A stretch of DNA of 64,000 nucleotides from an uncultured bacterium (GTDB lineage Bacteria; Patescibacteriota; Minisyncoccia; UBA6257; GWB1-50-10): the NCBI GenBank assembly GCA_963768835.1, contig CAVYJB010000002.1, positions 208,223-272,222 on the forward strand. The letters run 5' to 3'. This document shows positions 18,809 to 28,054 of this stretch, piece by piece (positions within the stretch are counted from its first letter, which is position 1; each line of letters starts with the position of its first letter). A program made the position numbers and the translations under genes. The notes below the pieces were generated by a model. The model saw only the letters and a list, made by a program, of their open reading frames with translations. It ran no database searches and had not been told where the DNA came from.

Positions 18809-20122
18809 ATGAAAGCTGAGATTTTGCGGGAGATTAAAACTTGCCGCGCGTGCGGATCAAGCAATCTAAAACCGATTTTATCACTCGGGGATCTTTATGT
18901 TTCAGATTTTATGGATGTCAACGATAGCGCCAGCAACGCCAATAAGGTTCCTCTTGAGTTGGTGCTTTGTAGCGTCGCTGATGGAGGTTGCGGTCTCTTA
19001 CAGTCAAGACACACCGTTTCCCACGAAGCGATGTATCGGAATTATTGGTACCGATCCGGCATCAATAAAAGCATGACCGATGAACTAAATGGTATCGCAG
19101 CGAAAGCGGAATCCATCCTACCGCTTAAGTCGGGCGACTTCGTGATCGATATTGGTTCAAACGATGGGACGCTTCTCCGCGCCTACACAGTGGAAGGTCT
19201 CCGGCGGATTGGGTTCGAGCCTGCGCGGAACATCGTCGAGAAATACGGGCGAGAGGGGATTACCGACGTGATTACCGACTTCTTCGGCTACAAGGTATGG
19301 CGGGAGAAATTCGGTAACGCTCGCGCGAAAATCATCACAGCAATCGCGATGTTCTATGATCTGGACGACCCTAACGCTTTCGTGGCAGATCTGGCCAAGT
19401 GCCTAGATGATAATGGTGTCGCGATAATCCAGATGCTTTACCTGCCGTCCTTTTTGAAACGAAACGCATTCGATGGTATTTGCCACGAGCACCTAGAGTA
19501 TTATTCCTTACTTTCCGTAGAAAACCTTTTAAAGCGGCACGGCCTTGAAATAGTTGATGTTGAGATGCGGGAGCACATAAACGAAGGCAGTTTTCGGGTC
19601 TATGCGCGAAAAGTTGGTGGGGCGGGATCTCTGAACGTGGGGCCCGGGGCCAAGGAGCGACTGGAAAGAATGCGTGCCGAAGAACAAAAACTTGGATTGG
19701 GCAGCGAGGAAGTCTATAAGGATTTTGTCCGTCGCATCCTCGCGATTAAAGACAAGACCGTTTCCTTCATAAAAAAAGAAGTTGCGAGCGGGAAGAAGGT
19801 TTATGCCTATGCCGCATCCACTAAAGGCAACACTACCCTGCAATTCTTTGGTCTCGACTCCGGTCTTATAAAAGCTATTGCCGACAGGAATCCGGACAAA
19901 TGGGGCAAGAAGACTATTGGAACCATGATTCCTGTAATCTCCGAGGAGCAATTTCGCAAAGAAAGACCGGACTATACTCTCGTTCTGGCGTGGCACTTTC
20001 TTCCGGAATTTGTGAAGAGAGAATCAGATTATCTGAATAATGGGGGAAAGTTTATAGTTCCTCTCCCAGAATTTAAAATCATCGATAAAACGGTGTTGGC
20101 ATCGGTCTCGCGGAAACCTTGA
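18809..20122 (+). CDS. SAM-dependent sugar C-methyltransferase, TylC3/TcaB9 family (Methyltransf_13/14-like)
   Basis: The N-terminal zinc-ribbon 'CRACGSSNLKPILSLGDLYVSDF' matches the CxxCG...LxLGxxP...F signature of NDP-hexose C3-methyltransferases. A SAM-binding core 'VIDIGSNDGTLL' follows. Start ATG 18809 is preceded by an AT-rich divergent promoter region. Confidence 0.6.
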   Translation: MKAEILREIKTCRACGSSNLKPILSLGDLYVSDFMDVNDSASNANKVPLELVLCSVADGGCGLLQSRHTVSHEAMYRNYWYRSGINKSMTDELNGIAAKAESILPLKSGDFVIDIGSNDGTLLRAYTVEGLRRIGFEPARNIVEKYGREGITDVITDFFGYKVWREKFGNARAKIITAIAMFYDLDDPNAFVADLAKCLDDNGVAIIQMLYLPSFLKRNAFDGICHEHLEYYSLLSVENLLKRHGLEIVDVEMREHINEGSFRVYARKVGGAGSLNVGPGAKERLERMRAEEQKLGLGSEEVYKDFVRRILAIKDKTVSFIKKEVASGKKVYAYAASTKGNTTLQFFGLDSGLIKAIADRNPDKWGKKTIGTMIPVISEEQFRKERPDYTLVLAWHFLPEFVKRESDYLNNGGKFIVPLPEFKIIDKTVLASVSRKP

Positions 20123-20215
20123 TTGTCACACCGGTCGGGCAGAATCATCGTGTCTGCGGAACAACTGCGACGCATTCTGTCCGCACCCTCCTTACAAGAT
20201 TAACCCAATATCCAC

Positions 20216-21208
20216 GTGAATGATTCTAAGGATAGAAAATTCCTACTTACTGTTGCCATCCCAACCTACAATCGGCCAAGAGAGATCGATCGGCTTCTCC
20301 GTGGTCTTGTCCCGCAAATCACACCAGAAATTGAAGTATATATTCAAGACGATGGCACAAATGACGAGACCCAGGCAGTTGTTTTCAGACATTTTGAAGG
20401 GAAGGAGGGCGGCTTAACCTACGTTCGAGGCAAAAAGCTGGGCGTCGATAATGCCATTCTTCTCACGGTCGAGCATGCACATGGCGGGTATGTTTGGACC
20501 TTCGGCGATGACGACGAGATGGCGGCTGAAGCGCTTGAAAAAGTAACAAGCATTCTCAAGAAGCATCCCAACATCACATTTATTTGGGCTAATTTTCGGG
20601 CGGCTTACATGGATAAGCCCGTTATCGATCTTGGTGGCGACAAGTTTTTCAAAGACCGTAACGAGGTCCTAACCGACGTCAATAACAGGATTGGCCTGCT
20701 ATCCACCCTGATCTTTAAAAAAAGCGAGGCTATGTCTGCCATGCCGTTAGCTCGGAAGAATGTCGGTTCCTGGTGGTCACTTATCATGCTGGTACTGGAG
20801 GTTCTTTCAAAAGACGGGAAGTTCTATTTTCTGCAAGGCCCGTATGTAACCGCCCATCCGACACCCCCGGCCGAGCTTAAGGCGTATGGTTTCCACGACC
20901 TCGGTTTCCAGGGCTTCGCTGTCAATTTCTACAAAATTTTCGGACCCTTCCGCAAGAAATTTGATCGTAGGGCGATCAGAAGAGTTCTAAAGTTGAACTT
21001 TGGCAGTGCTTGGCGCGGTGTTATCATGGGGGAGTTGCGAGGATCAGAAACTACTCGTGGTAAGGTGGGTCAGATGATCAAGCTTTACTGGAGTTATCCG
21101 GAATGCTGGATTGCTGCGCCACTCTTCTTAATGCCGAGACCCGTGCTCGCAATTCTCTACAAGCTTTATAAAAAGGTGATCCGGCACGGATACCGGGAAG
21201 GCAATTAA
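20216..21208 (+). CDS. Glycosyltransferase family 2 (paralogue of 16057..17028)
   Basis: 'LTVAIPTYNRPREIDRLL...YIQDDGTNDETQ', DD motif 'FGDDDEM', and C-terminal 'WSYPECWIAAPLFLMPRPVL'. Starts at GTG 20216. Confidence 0.6.
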   Translation: MNDSKDRKFLLTVAIPTYNRPREIDRLLRGLVPQITPEIEVYIQDDGTNDETQAVVFRHFEGKEGGLTYVRGKKLGVDNAILLTVEHAHGGYVWTFGDDDEMAAEALEKVTSILKKHPNITFIWANFRAAYMDKPVIDLGGDKFFKDRNEVLTDVNNRIGLLSTLIFKKSEAMSAMPLARKNVGSWWSLIMLVLEVLSKDGKFYFLQGPYVTAHPTPPAELKAYGFHDLGFQGFAVNFYKIFGPFRKKFDRRAIRRVLKLNFGSAWRGVIMGELRGSETTRGKVGQMIKLYWSYPECWIAAPLFLMPRPVLAILYKLYKKVIRHGYREGN

Positions 21209-21212
21209 CGTT

Positions 21213-21971
21213 ATGGAGGATCTGCTTGTCCGTTTGGTGGGATACATCGCGACGGTGCTCCACGGTGATGCCGCCGTCTTCGACCGGTGGCTTTGGCTTC
21301 GGAAGCATATCTTGCGAGGGCCCCGGCGCACCCTCGACGCTGGGTGCGGTACTGGGGCGTTCGCGATGTACGCCGCAAAAGCAGGGAACGAAGTGGTTGG
21401 TATCTCCTTCCATCCGCGGGAGAACGAGGTGGCTGCGCGGCGGGCGCGTATCCTCGGTCTCACGAATATCCGATTTGTGACAGGTAACTTGGGGGAGCTG
21501 AGCGCTATGCGAGCGGCGCTCGGGTCCTTCGACCAGGTTATCTGTTTCGAGACCATGGAGCACATCATGGACGACCGAAAGTTGCTGCGCGATCTGGCTT
21601 CCATTCTCCGACCCGGCGGAAGACTGCTTCTTACAGTTCCCCACCTTCACTACCATCGAATGCCAGGGGATAGCATCTCGAAAGTGGAGGACGGCCGACA
21701 TGTCCGGTGGGGGTACACACCCGAACAGCTAAGGAAAATGTTTGAAGAGGTGGGGCTCAAGGTGCAGACCACAGAGTATCTCACTGGGTATGCCGTGCAG
21801 CATGCTATTCAAGCGGAACGCGCGGTCTTAAAGGTCTTAGGCCCCCGACTCGCCTGGCTTATTACCTTTCCACTCCGGCTCGGGAGGATTATAGACCCAC
21901 TTCTTATGCGCCTTACCTCCTATCCCGCGTTCACAGTCGGCGTGGTGGGTGAAAAGCCGATTAACGCCTGA
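21213..21971 (+). CDS. Class I SAM-dependent methyltransferase
   Basis: Motif I 'LDAGCGTGAFAMYAAKAGNEVVGIS' and 'GGRLLLTVP'. Confidence 0.6.
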   Translation: MEDLLVRLVGYIATVLHGDAAVFDRWLWLRKHILRGPRRTLDAGCGTGAFAMYAAKAGNEVVGISFHPRENEVAARRARILGLTNIRFVTGNLGELSAMRAALGSFDQVICFETMEHIMDDRKLLRDLASILRPGGRLLLTVPHLHYHRMPGDSISKVEDGRHVRWGYTPEQLRKMFEEVGLKVQTTEYLTGYAVQHAIQAERAVLKVLGPRLAWLITFPLRLGRIIDPLLMRLTSYPAFTVGVVGEKPINA

Positions 21972-22004
21972 TTATCTGGGCTTCGCCCTCAGGAGAAACT
22001 TTTA

Positions 22005-22718
22005 ATGGTGAACTTTGCGAGGAGATACTATCATCGGATTCGACTCACTCTCTGGTCGGTTTTCCATCTGCCAAAGAAATTATTTGTTGCTGATACAAAT
22101 CTGTTTTTTCCTGCATGGAATTGGCAGGTGGCGCTTCTTTGTAAGGTGCCCTCTACGATCATTCAGAACGGGCGCATGACCTATGAGCCCATCGAGCGCG
22201 AACACTTCCTGGGACTTTTGGAAAAGGGAGATATTTTCTTTGATGTGGGGGCAAACATCGGATATTATTCTCTCCTTGCGGCAGGGCACGGGGCCAAAAA
22301 AGTTTTTGCATTTGAAATACTTGATGAGTACGCCTCTATCGCAGAGAAAGCGTTTAAGCTTAACCATATCGATGGAGAGGTCATAAGATGCGGCGTTGGG
22401 AAAGGAGACACTCCCATTTCTTTCAATGATTCTCTCGCTGGCAAATCCGGGCGTACACCTCTCGCGCTTGATGATTTTTCGAAAAAGAGCGGCATGTATC
22501 CCGACGTAATCAAGATGGATATCGAAGGGTTTGAAGGCGAAGCCTTGCAATATGCAACGGAAATATTAAAGAGAAAGCCTTCAATCGACATCTCCGTCCA
22601 TTCAAAGTTTCTTGAAGAAAAAGGAACAAGTGGTGAGGCGGTACTTAGCCTCTTGGCGGGATTTGGGTATCGCGTTCAGTATGAATACGGAGGAACGCAT
22701 TTTATGAAGGCGAAGTAG
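22005..22718 (+). CDS. FkbM-family methyltransferase
   Basis: 'FFDVGANIGYYSLLAAGHGAKKVFAFE' and 'IKMDIEGFEGEAL'. Confidence 0.6.
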   Translation: MVNFARRYYHRIRLTLWSVFHLPKKLFVADTNLFFPAWNWQVALLCKVPSTIIQNGRMTYEPIEREHFLGLLEKGDIFFDVGANIGYYSLLAAGHGAKKVFAFEILDEYASIAEKAFKLNHIDGEVIRCGVGKGDTPISFNDSLAGKSGRTPLALDDFSKKSGMYPDVIKMDIEGFEGEALQYATEILKRKPSIDISVHSKFLEEKGTSGEAVLSLLAGFGYRVQYEYGGTHFMKAK

Positions 22719-22741
22719 GATGGGTTAGAGATGAAAAATCT

Positions 22742-23911
22742 ATGAAAACCATTGTTTCGGTCGGCGGGCGATTTCATGCGTTCAATCTTGCTGCGGAACT
22801 GGCGAAACAGGGACACCTCGAACGCCTCATCACTTCCTACCCCGCATTCGAGGTGGCGAAGTATGGTATCCCGCGAGGGTCTATATGTTCTATGCCAGCG
22901 AAAGAGGTGCTGGAGCGCGCTTGGGGTCGGCTGCCACGATTCCTCCGTGTGGCGTGGAACCCACAGTTCTTCTTTGCAGAATTCTTTGATGAAAGAGCGG
23001 CTCGGAGAGTTGTCCCCGCCGACATTTTCGTTGGATGGTCAAGCTTCTCGCTCCACACACTCCGAAAAGCTCGGACCTTAGGTGCTCGGATCATTGTAGA
23101 ACGGGGCAGCTCCCATATTGTTTATCAGCGGGATCTCATGCGGGATGAGTATGAGCGGTGGGGGGTTGCTCCTACGTCGCTCCAGCTACCTCACCCCGCG
23201 GTGGTCGAGAAGGAGCTAAAGGAGTACGAGGAAGCGGACGCGGTTGCAGTTCCCTCGCTCTTTGTGAAGCGAACTTTTCTTGAGAAGAAGATCCCAGAAC
23301 GAAAAATAATCCATATTCCTTACGGAGTCGACCTTTCCTCGTTCCGGAGGATTCCACGGAGCGATACGAAATTTCGTGCCATCTACACTGGAGGAATGAG
23401 TTTCCGGAAAGGAACACCCTATCTTCTCCAGGCATGGAGCGAACTTCGGCTCCCAGACGCTGAACTCGTGCTCATCGGATCGATGAGCGACGAGGTGCGG
23501 CCATTTTTCAGGAAATATGCGGGGACCTTCACTTATCTTGGGCATGTCCACCAATCGGAGCTCTATCGCCACTACTCGAACGCGTCGGTCTTCGTGATGC
23601 CGTCCATAGAAGAAGGTCTTGCGCTTGTGCAACTTCAGGCGATGGCTTGCGGTTTGCCGATCCTTGCAACGACGAACACGGGAGCAGAAGATGTTGTGCG
23701 TGACGGTACGGACGGGTTTATCGTACCTATCCGCGATACGGAGGCGCTCAAGAAGAAGCTGACGTATCTCTACGAGAATAGAGAAATCTGTGCGAAGATG
23801 GGAGAGTCAGCCGCGGCTCGAGTATCACAGAGCTTTACCTGGGATGACTATGGAGCGAAGATTGTGGTTGCTTACCAGCGGTTGCTCGACGGCCTCTCGG
23901 TACGGAACTAG
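22742..23911 (+). CDS. Glycosyltransferase family 1 (GT4)
   Basis: 'VFVMPSIEEGLALVQLQAMACGLPILATTNTGAEDVV' is a classic Glycos_transf_1 motif. Confidence 0.65.
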   Translation: MKTIVSVGGRFHAFNLAAELAKQGHLERLITSYPAFEVAKYGIPRGSICSMPAKEVLERAWGRLPRFLRVAWNPQFFFAEFFDERAARRVVPADIFVGWSSFSLHTLRKARTLGARIIVERGSSHIVYQRDLMRDEYERWGVAPTSLQLPHPAVVEKELKEYEEADAVAVPSLFVKRTFLEKKIPERKIIHIPYGVDLSSFRRIPRSDTKFRAIYTGGMSFRKGTPYLLQAWSELRLPDAELVLIGSMSDEVRPFFRKYAGTFTYLGHVHQSELYRHYSNASVFVMPSIEEGLALVQLQAMACGLPILATTNTGAEDVVRDGTDGFIVPIRDTEALKKKLTYLYENREICAKMGESAAARVSQSFTWDDYGAKIVVAYQRLLDGLSVRN

Positions 23912-23913
23912 AC

Positions 23914-25407
23914 ATGTCTATGATCGAAAAATTTAGAGCTATTCTGCTTAAGAAACGGGGTGCGCGGCAGACCGTTTTCAAGAATTTCCTCTGGCTCCTG
24001 ACCTCAAACGTGGGGACCCGCATACTCCGAGGAGCCGTCACGCTCTATGCGGCCCGGGTCCTCGGAGACGCCGGATACGGGGTTTTCGCGTACGCGTTTG
24101 GACTCGCCGGCCTCTTCGTGTTTGTAAAAGACATTGGGGTGGATGTGGTGTTGACGAGGGAGGTCGCGAAGAACCCTGAGGCGCGGCCGGCGTACCTTGC
24201 GACGTCATTCTGGATTGAGCTCGGGCTTCTCGCTATTACCCTTCCACTCCTTCTCTTCGTCGCGCCCCTTTTCAGCAAGAGCCCGGAAGCTACCACACTC
24301 ATCCCTCTCGTTGCGCTTAGCTTCATTTTGGACGATCTCCGAGACCTCTTCGTCGGGTTCTTCCGCGGCACAGAGCGGATGGAATTCGAGGCGTTTGTGG
24401 TTGTGGGCGGTAATCTCCTTCTTACCATCCTCGGTTTTGCCGCGCTCCTCCTCCGGCCCACCCCCCATACCCTTGTCCTCGCTTACGTGGGGTCCTCCGT
24501 TGCGGGGCTCCTTCTCGCTTGCGCGTTCCTCCGGGGTTCTTTCTGGGATCTTTTTACGCGTTTTCGGAAGGAGCTTATAAAACCTATCTTTGTGGCGGTC
24601 TGGCCGCTGGCCCTCTCGTCTCTTGCGGGCGTCCTCTTTCTCTTTGACGTCGACACGGTGATGCTCGGATGGTGGAAGAGCACTGCGGATATTGGGCTCT
24701 ACGGAGCCGCTCAGCGCTTCGTCGGCGTCGTGAGCGCGCTCTCGGTGCTCGTTGGCACAAGCGCATTCCCCGCTCTCTCGCGGTTCGTGCACCAAGGGGA
24801 TCGTGCGAAGGCGCGGGAGTTAATTGAACGTATCCTCGCGGTTCTCTACCTCATTTCGTTGCCGATTATTGTAGGAGGCGTACTTCTTCGGGGACCTCTC
24901 ATGGGGTTCGTGTTCGGTGCGAGCTACGCGCAGGGCGGTCTCGCCTTCGCAGTCCTTCTCCTCACAATGCTTGGGGGCAACGCTCTGGGGTTCTATTCGG
25001 GCATCATTTTCGCCCATAACCAGCAGAAGCGGACCGTCATATTCACGATTATCGCCGGCTTCCTGAATGTCGGGTTTAACTTCCTTCTCATCCCGGTCTA
25101 CGGTGCGGCGGGCTGCGCCGCTGCCACAGTCATCGCGGACACCGTCTACACAGGTGCCCTCTGGTGGCTCTCGAAGCGGTCCATTTCATTCACCGTGCTC
25201 CCGCACCTCGTGAAGATTGCCATCGCCTCCGCCCTGATGGGGGTTCTTGTCGCCATCCTTGCGGCTTTAGGCGTGCATGTTCTTATCTCCGTCGTGGCCG
25301 GAGCCGCGGTCTACTTCCTTCTCCTCCATCTCCTTAAGGAGCCGGTCCTGAAGGAAGTCCTAGGCCTCGCAGGGTTCCTTCGCAAGTCGGAATCCACACC
25401 AGCATGA
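23914..25407 (+). CDS. Wzx-type oligosaccharide flippase (Polysacc_synt / MATE-like family)
   Basis: Roughly 12-14 predicted TM helices. The N-terminus 'RQTVFKNFLWLLTSNVGTRILRGAVTLYAARVLGDAGYGVF' is typical of the PST family. Paralogue of 38980..40479. Confidence 0.65.
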   Translation: MSMIEKFRAILLKKRGARQTVFKNFLWLLTSNVGTRILRGAVTLYAARVLGDAGYGVFAYAFGLAGLFVFVKDIGVDVVLTREVAKNPEARPAYLATSFWIELGLLAITLPLLLFVAPLFSKSPEATTLIPLVALSFILDDLRDLFVGFFRGTERMEFEAFVVVGGNLLLTILGFAALLLRPTPHTLVLAYVGSSVAGLLLACAFLRGSFWDLFTRFRKELIKPIFVAVWPLALSSLAGVLFLFDVDTVMLGWWKSTADIGLYGAAQRFVGVVSALSVLVGTSAFPALSRFVHQGDRAKARELIERILAVLYLISLPIIVGGVLLRGPLMGFVFGASYAQGGLAFAVLLLTMLGGNALGFYSGIIFAHNQQKRTVIFTIIAGFLNVGFNFLLIPVYGAAGCAAATVIADTVYTGALWWLSKRSISFTVLPHLVKIAIASALMGVLVAILAALGVHVLISVVAGAAVYFLLLHLLKEPVLKEVLGLAGFLRKSESTPA

Positions 25408-26582
25408 AGGTTCTCCATGTCGTTCTGAGCTACCTGCCCGCCTACGCGCACGGCGGCCCCATCCTCTCGGTCCACTCCCTAAATAAGTCGCTTGTGAAGG
25501 AAGGGGCGGATGTGACAGTTTTCACGACGAACATCAATGGCCGAGGGCGCATCGACGTGCCGCTCGGGCAGGAGGTCACGGTGGATGGCGTGAAGGTCTG
25601 GTACTTCCCAGTTTCTTTCCCCGAGGCATGGGTCTATTCCAGAGATCTCCATCGAGCTCTCCGGGAACGGACCAAAGAGTTCGACCTTGTGCACATCACC
25701 TCTGTTTTCCTCGCCGCCTCAACCCTAGGTGCCCACTACGCAAAGAAGTTTGGGAAACCCTATATCATTTCTCCGCGTGGAAGCCTGATGCGGGAAACTT
25801 TAGGGAGGAAGAATATGTTGGTAAAGAAGGCCTACGTCGCCCTCGTTGAGAAGCAGAATCTTCGTGGTGCAGCCGCGATCCACTTCACGGCTCCAGCGGA
25901 AGAGGAAGAGTACCGGGCCGCGGGATTACCGCTCCGTCGTTCGTTCGTCATACCCAACGGCATTGATCCGGAGGGGTTCGACGAATCTCTCGGTGGGGAC
26001 ACGTTCCGAAAGCGGTGGGACATCCAACCGGATCAACGAGCCGTGCTCTCCATGGGCCGCATCAATTGGAAAAAGGGTTTCGACACGTTGATTCCCGCTT
26101 TTGCTATCGTGGCCAAAGAAGATCCACGTGCCGTGCTCGTTATCGACGGGACCGACGACGAGGGATACCGAGCGGTCGTAGAGCGGATGATCGCAGAGTA
26201 CCACCTGGAGACACGCGTGCGTTTCACTGGCGCTTTCCAAGGGCTCGACGTTCCTGCGCTCAAGGCCAGCGCGTGCTTCGTGCTCCCGTCCTATTCAGAA
26301 AACTTCGGTATGGCCGTCGTACAGGCAATGTATCTCAAGCTTCCAGTTGTGGTGACTCCGGGTGTCGCGCTTGCGAAGTCGGTGCAACAAGCGGGCGCCG
26401 GCAGAGTTGTAGAAAAAACCCCAGACGCGGTTGCGGGTGCTATTCTAGAAATACTCCGAAGCTCCGCGGAAGCACGCGCGATGGGGGCACGGGGCCGAAC
26501 GCTCGTAGAGAAAGAGTACCTAGCGGAGCAGGTCGCGAGAGCGTTCAAGGCGCAGTATAGTATTGTCATCCATGCCTGCTAG
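25404..26582 (+). CDS. Glycosyltransferase family 1 (GT4)
   Basis: N-terminal 'MKVLHVVLSYLPAYAHGGP' and C-terminal 'VLPSYSENFGMAVVQAMYLKLPVVVT'. Confidence 0.6.
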   Translation: MKVLHVVLSYLPAYAHGGPILSVHSLNKSLVKEGADVTVFTTNINGRGRIDVPLGQEVTVDGVKVWYFPVSFPEAWVYSRDLHRALRERTKEFDLVHITSVFLAASTLGAHYAKKFGKPYIISPRGSLMRETLGRKNMLVKKAYVALVEKQNLRGAAAIHFTAPAEEEEYRAAGLPLRRSFVIPNGIDPEGFDESLGGDTFRKRWDIQPDQRAVLSMGRINWKKGFDTLIPAFAIVAKEDPRAVLVIDGTDDEGYRAVVERMIAEYHLETRVRFTGAFQGLDVPALKASACFVLPSYSENFGMAVVQAMYLKLPVVVTPGVALAKSVQQAGAGRVVEKTPDAVAGAILEILRSSAEARAMGARGRTLVEKEYLAEQVARAFKAQYSIVIHAC

Positions 26583-27189
26583 CTTCTATGAACGTTATTG
26601 GGGGGAACGCGAAGGGGAGCACCTCACGGATTTCCTCGAGAAATGGCCGAAACTCCGTCCGCACATTCCACTTGCGGACGGTATCACCATTGTTGATTTT
26701 GGTTGCGGCGCCGGCGCGGTGCTTCAGGAGATTCGGAAACTGAACCCCCACGCTCGCCTCATTGGTCTCGATGTGTCGGAGCGCGCGTTGAAGAGGGCGA
26801 AAAACGCCTTACCCGGCGGGCAATTTCATCACATTGAGGATGGCGGCGCATTTCCCCTTCCAGACCGTTCCGTGGACTTTCTCTTTTCTTCTGAAGTCAT
26901 CGAGCACGTGTACGACACTGAGAATGCGTTTGCGGAGATGGCGCGCGTGGTGAAGAATGGAGGCAAGGTACTTCTCACAACGCCGTATCACGGGTTCGTG
27001 AAGAACCTCGCAATCGTCTTCTTCGGTTTCGACCGGCACTTCAGCCCCACGGGGCCCCATGTCAGGTTCTTTTCGAGAAAGAGCCTTATAGCCCTTTTCC
27101 AGAAGAACGGGTTCCAGGTACTCAAAGAGGGATACTACGGGCGCTTCTACCCGCTCTCGCACTCCATCTACATCCTTGCGGAAAAATAA
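26563..27189 (+). CDS. Class I SAM-dependent methyltransferase
   Basis: 'IVDFGCGAGAVLQEI' and 'GGKVLLTTPY'. Confidence 0.55.
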   Translation: MSSMPASFYERYWGEREGEHLTDFLEKWPKLRPHIPLADGITIVDFGCGAGAVLQEIRKLNPHARLIGLDVSERALKRAKNALPGGQFHHIEDGGAFPLPDRSVDFLFSSEVIEHVYDTENAFAEMARVVKNGGKVLLTTPYHGFVKNLAIVFFGFDRHFSPTGPHVRFFSRKSLIALFQKNGFQVLKEGYYGRFYPLSHSIYILAEK

Positions 27190-28054
27190 TCCTATGAAAC
27201 TTCCTGTCACCGTCATCATTTTGACGAATAACGAAGAAAAGAACCTGCCGCACGCGCTCCGGAGCGTCGTGGGCTTTGCTCACGAGATTGTGGTAGTAGA
27301 CTCCGGGAGCACCGACCGCACGGTGGAGATTGCCCGCACGAGCGGCGCACGCGTCATTGTGCACGTGCCATACGAGAACCAAGCCCGGCAGTTCAACTGG
27401 GCTTTGGACAACGCTGATATCAAAAGCGAGTGGATCTTTCGGCTGGATGCCGACGAGTGGCTCATGCTGGAGCTCGTGGCGGAACTGGAGAAGGAGCTCC
27501 CCCGTGCGGCGAAAGAGACCGGCGGCTTTCTCATGAAGCGGCGGGTGTATTTTATGGGGCGCTGGATCAGACATGGGGGTTACTACCCGACCTGGATCCT
27601 GCGTCTCTTCCGGAACGGGCAGGCGCGCTACGAAGACCGCGCGATGGATGAACATCTTGTGGTTTCGAAGGGGCGCGTAGAACGCCTGGAGAACGATTTT
27701 GTGGATGAGAACCGTAAAGGGCTCGCTAATTGGATTGCAAAACACAACGACTTCTCAACGCGAGAAGCATTGGAGCGGCTTCGGGAGCGTACGGAGATGC
27801 AGGGAAAAATGGCGGGATCTCTCGAAGGTGCACAAGCGGAACAGAAGCGCTGGGTCAAGAACAATCTCTATCTTAAGTTCCCGCTCTTCCTGCGCGCGTT
27901 TGGTTATTTTCTCTATCGCTACATAATCCGCCTCGGATTCTTAGACGGGCGCGAGGGTCTCATTTTCCACTTTCTCCAGGGTTGCTGGCACCAGTTCCTT
28001 ATCGACGCGAAGGAATTCGAACTGAAGAGAGCGGGGAGCCATGGCGGACACTAA
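27176..28054 (+). CDS. Glycosyltransferase family 2
   Basis: 'VTVIILTNNEEKNLPHALRSV...VVVDSGSTDRT' and 'RLDADEW' (DxD). Confidence 0.6.
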   Translation: MRKNNPMKLPVTVIILTNNEEKNLPHALRSVVGFAHEIVVVDSGSTDRTVEIARTSGARVIVHVPYENQARQFNWALDNADIKSEWIFRLDADEWLMLELVAELEKELPRAAKETGGFLMKRRVYFMGRWIRHGGYYPTWILRLFRNGQARYEDRAMDEHLVVSKGRVERLENDFVDENRKGLANWIAKHNDFSTREALERLRERTEMQGKMAGSLEGAQAEQKRWVKNNLYLKFPLFLRAFGYFLYRYIIRLGFLDGREGLIFHFLQGCWHQFLIDAKEFELKRAGSHGGH

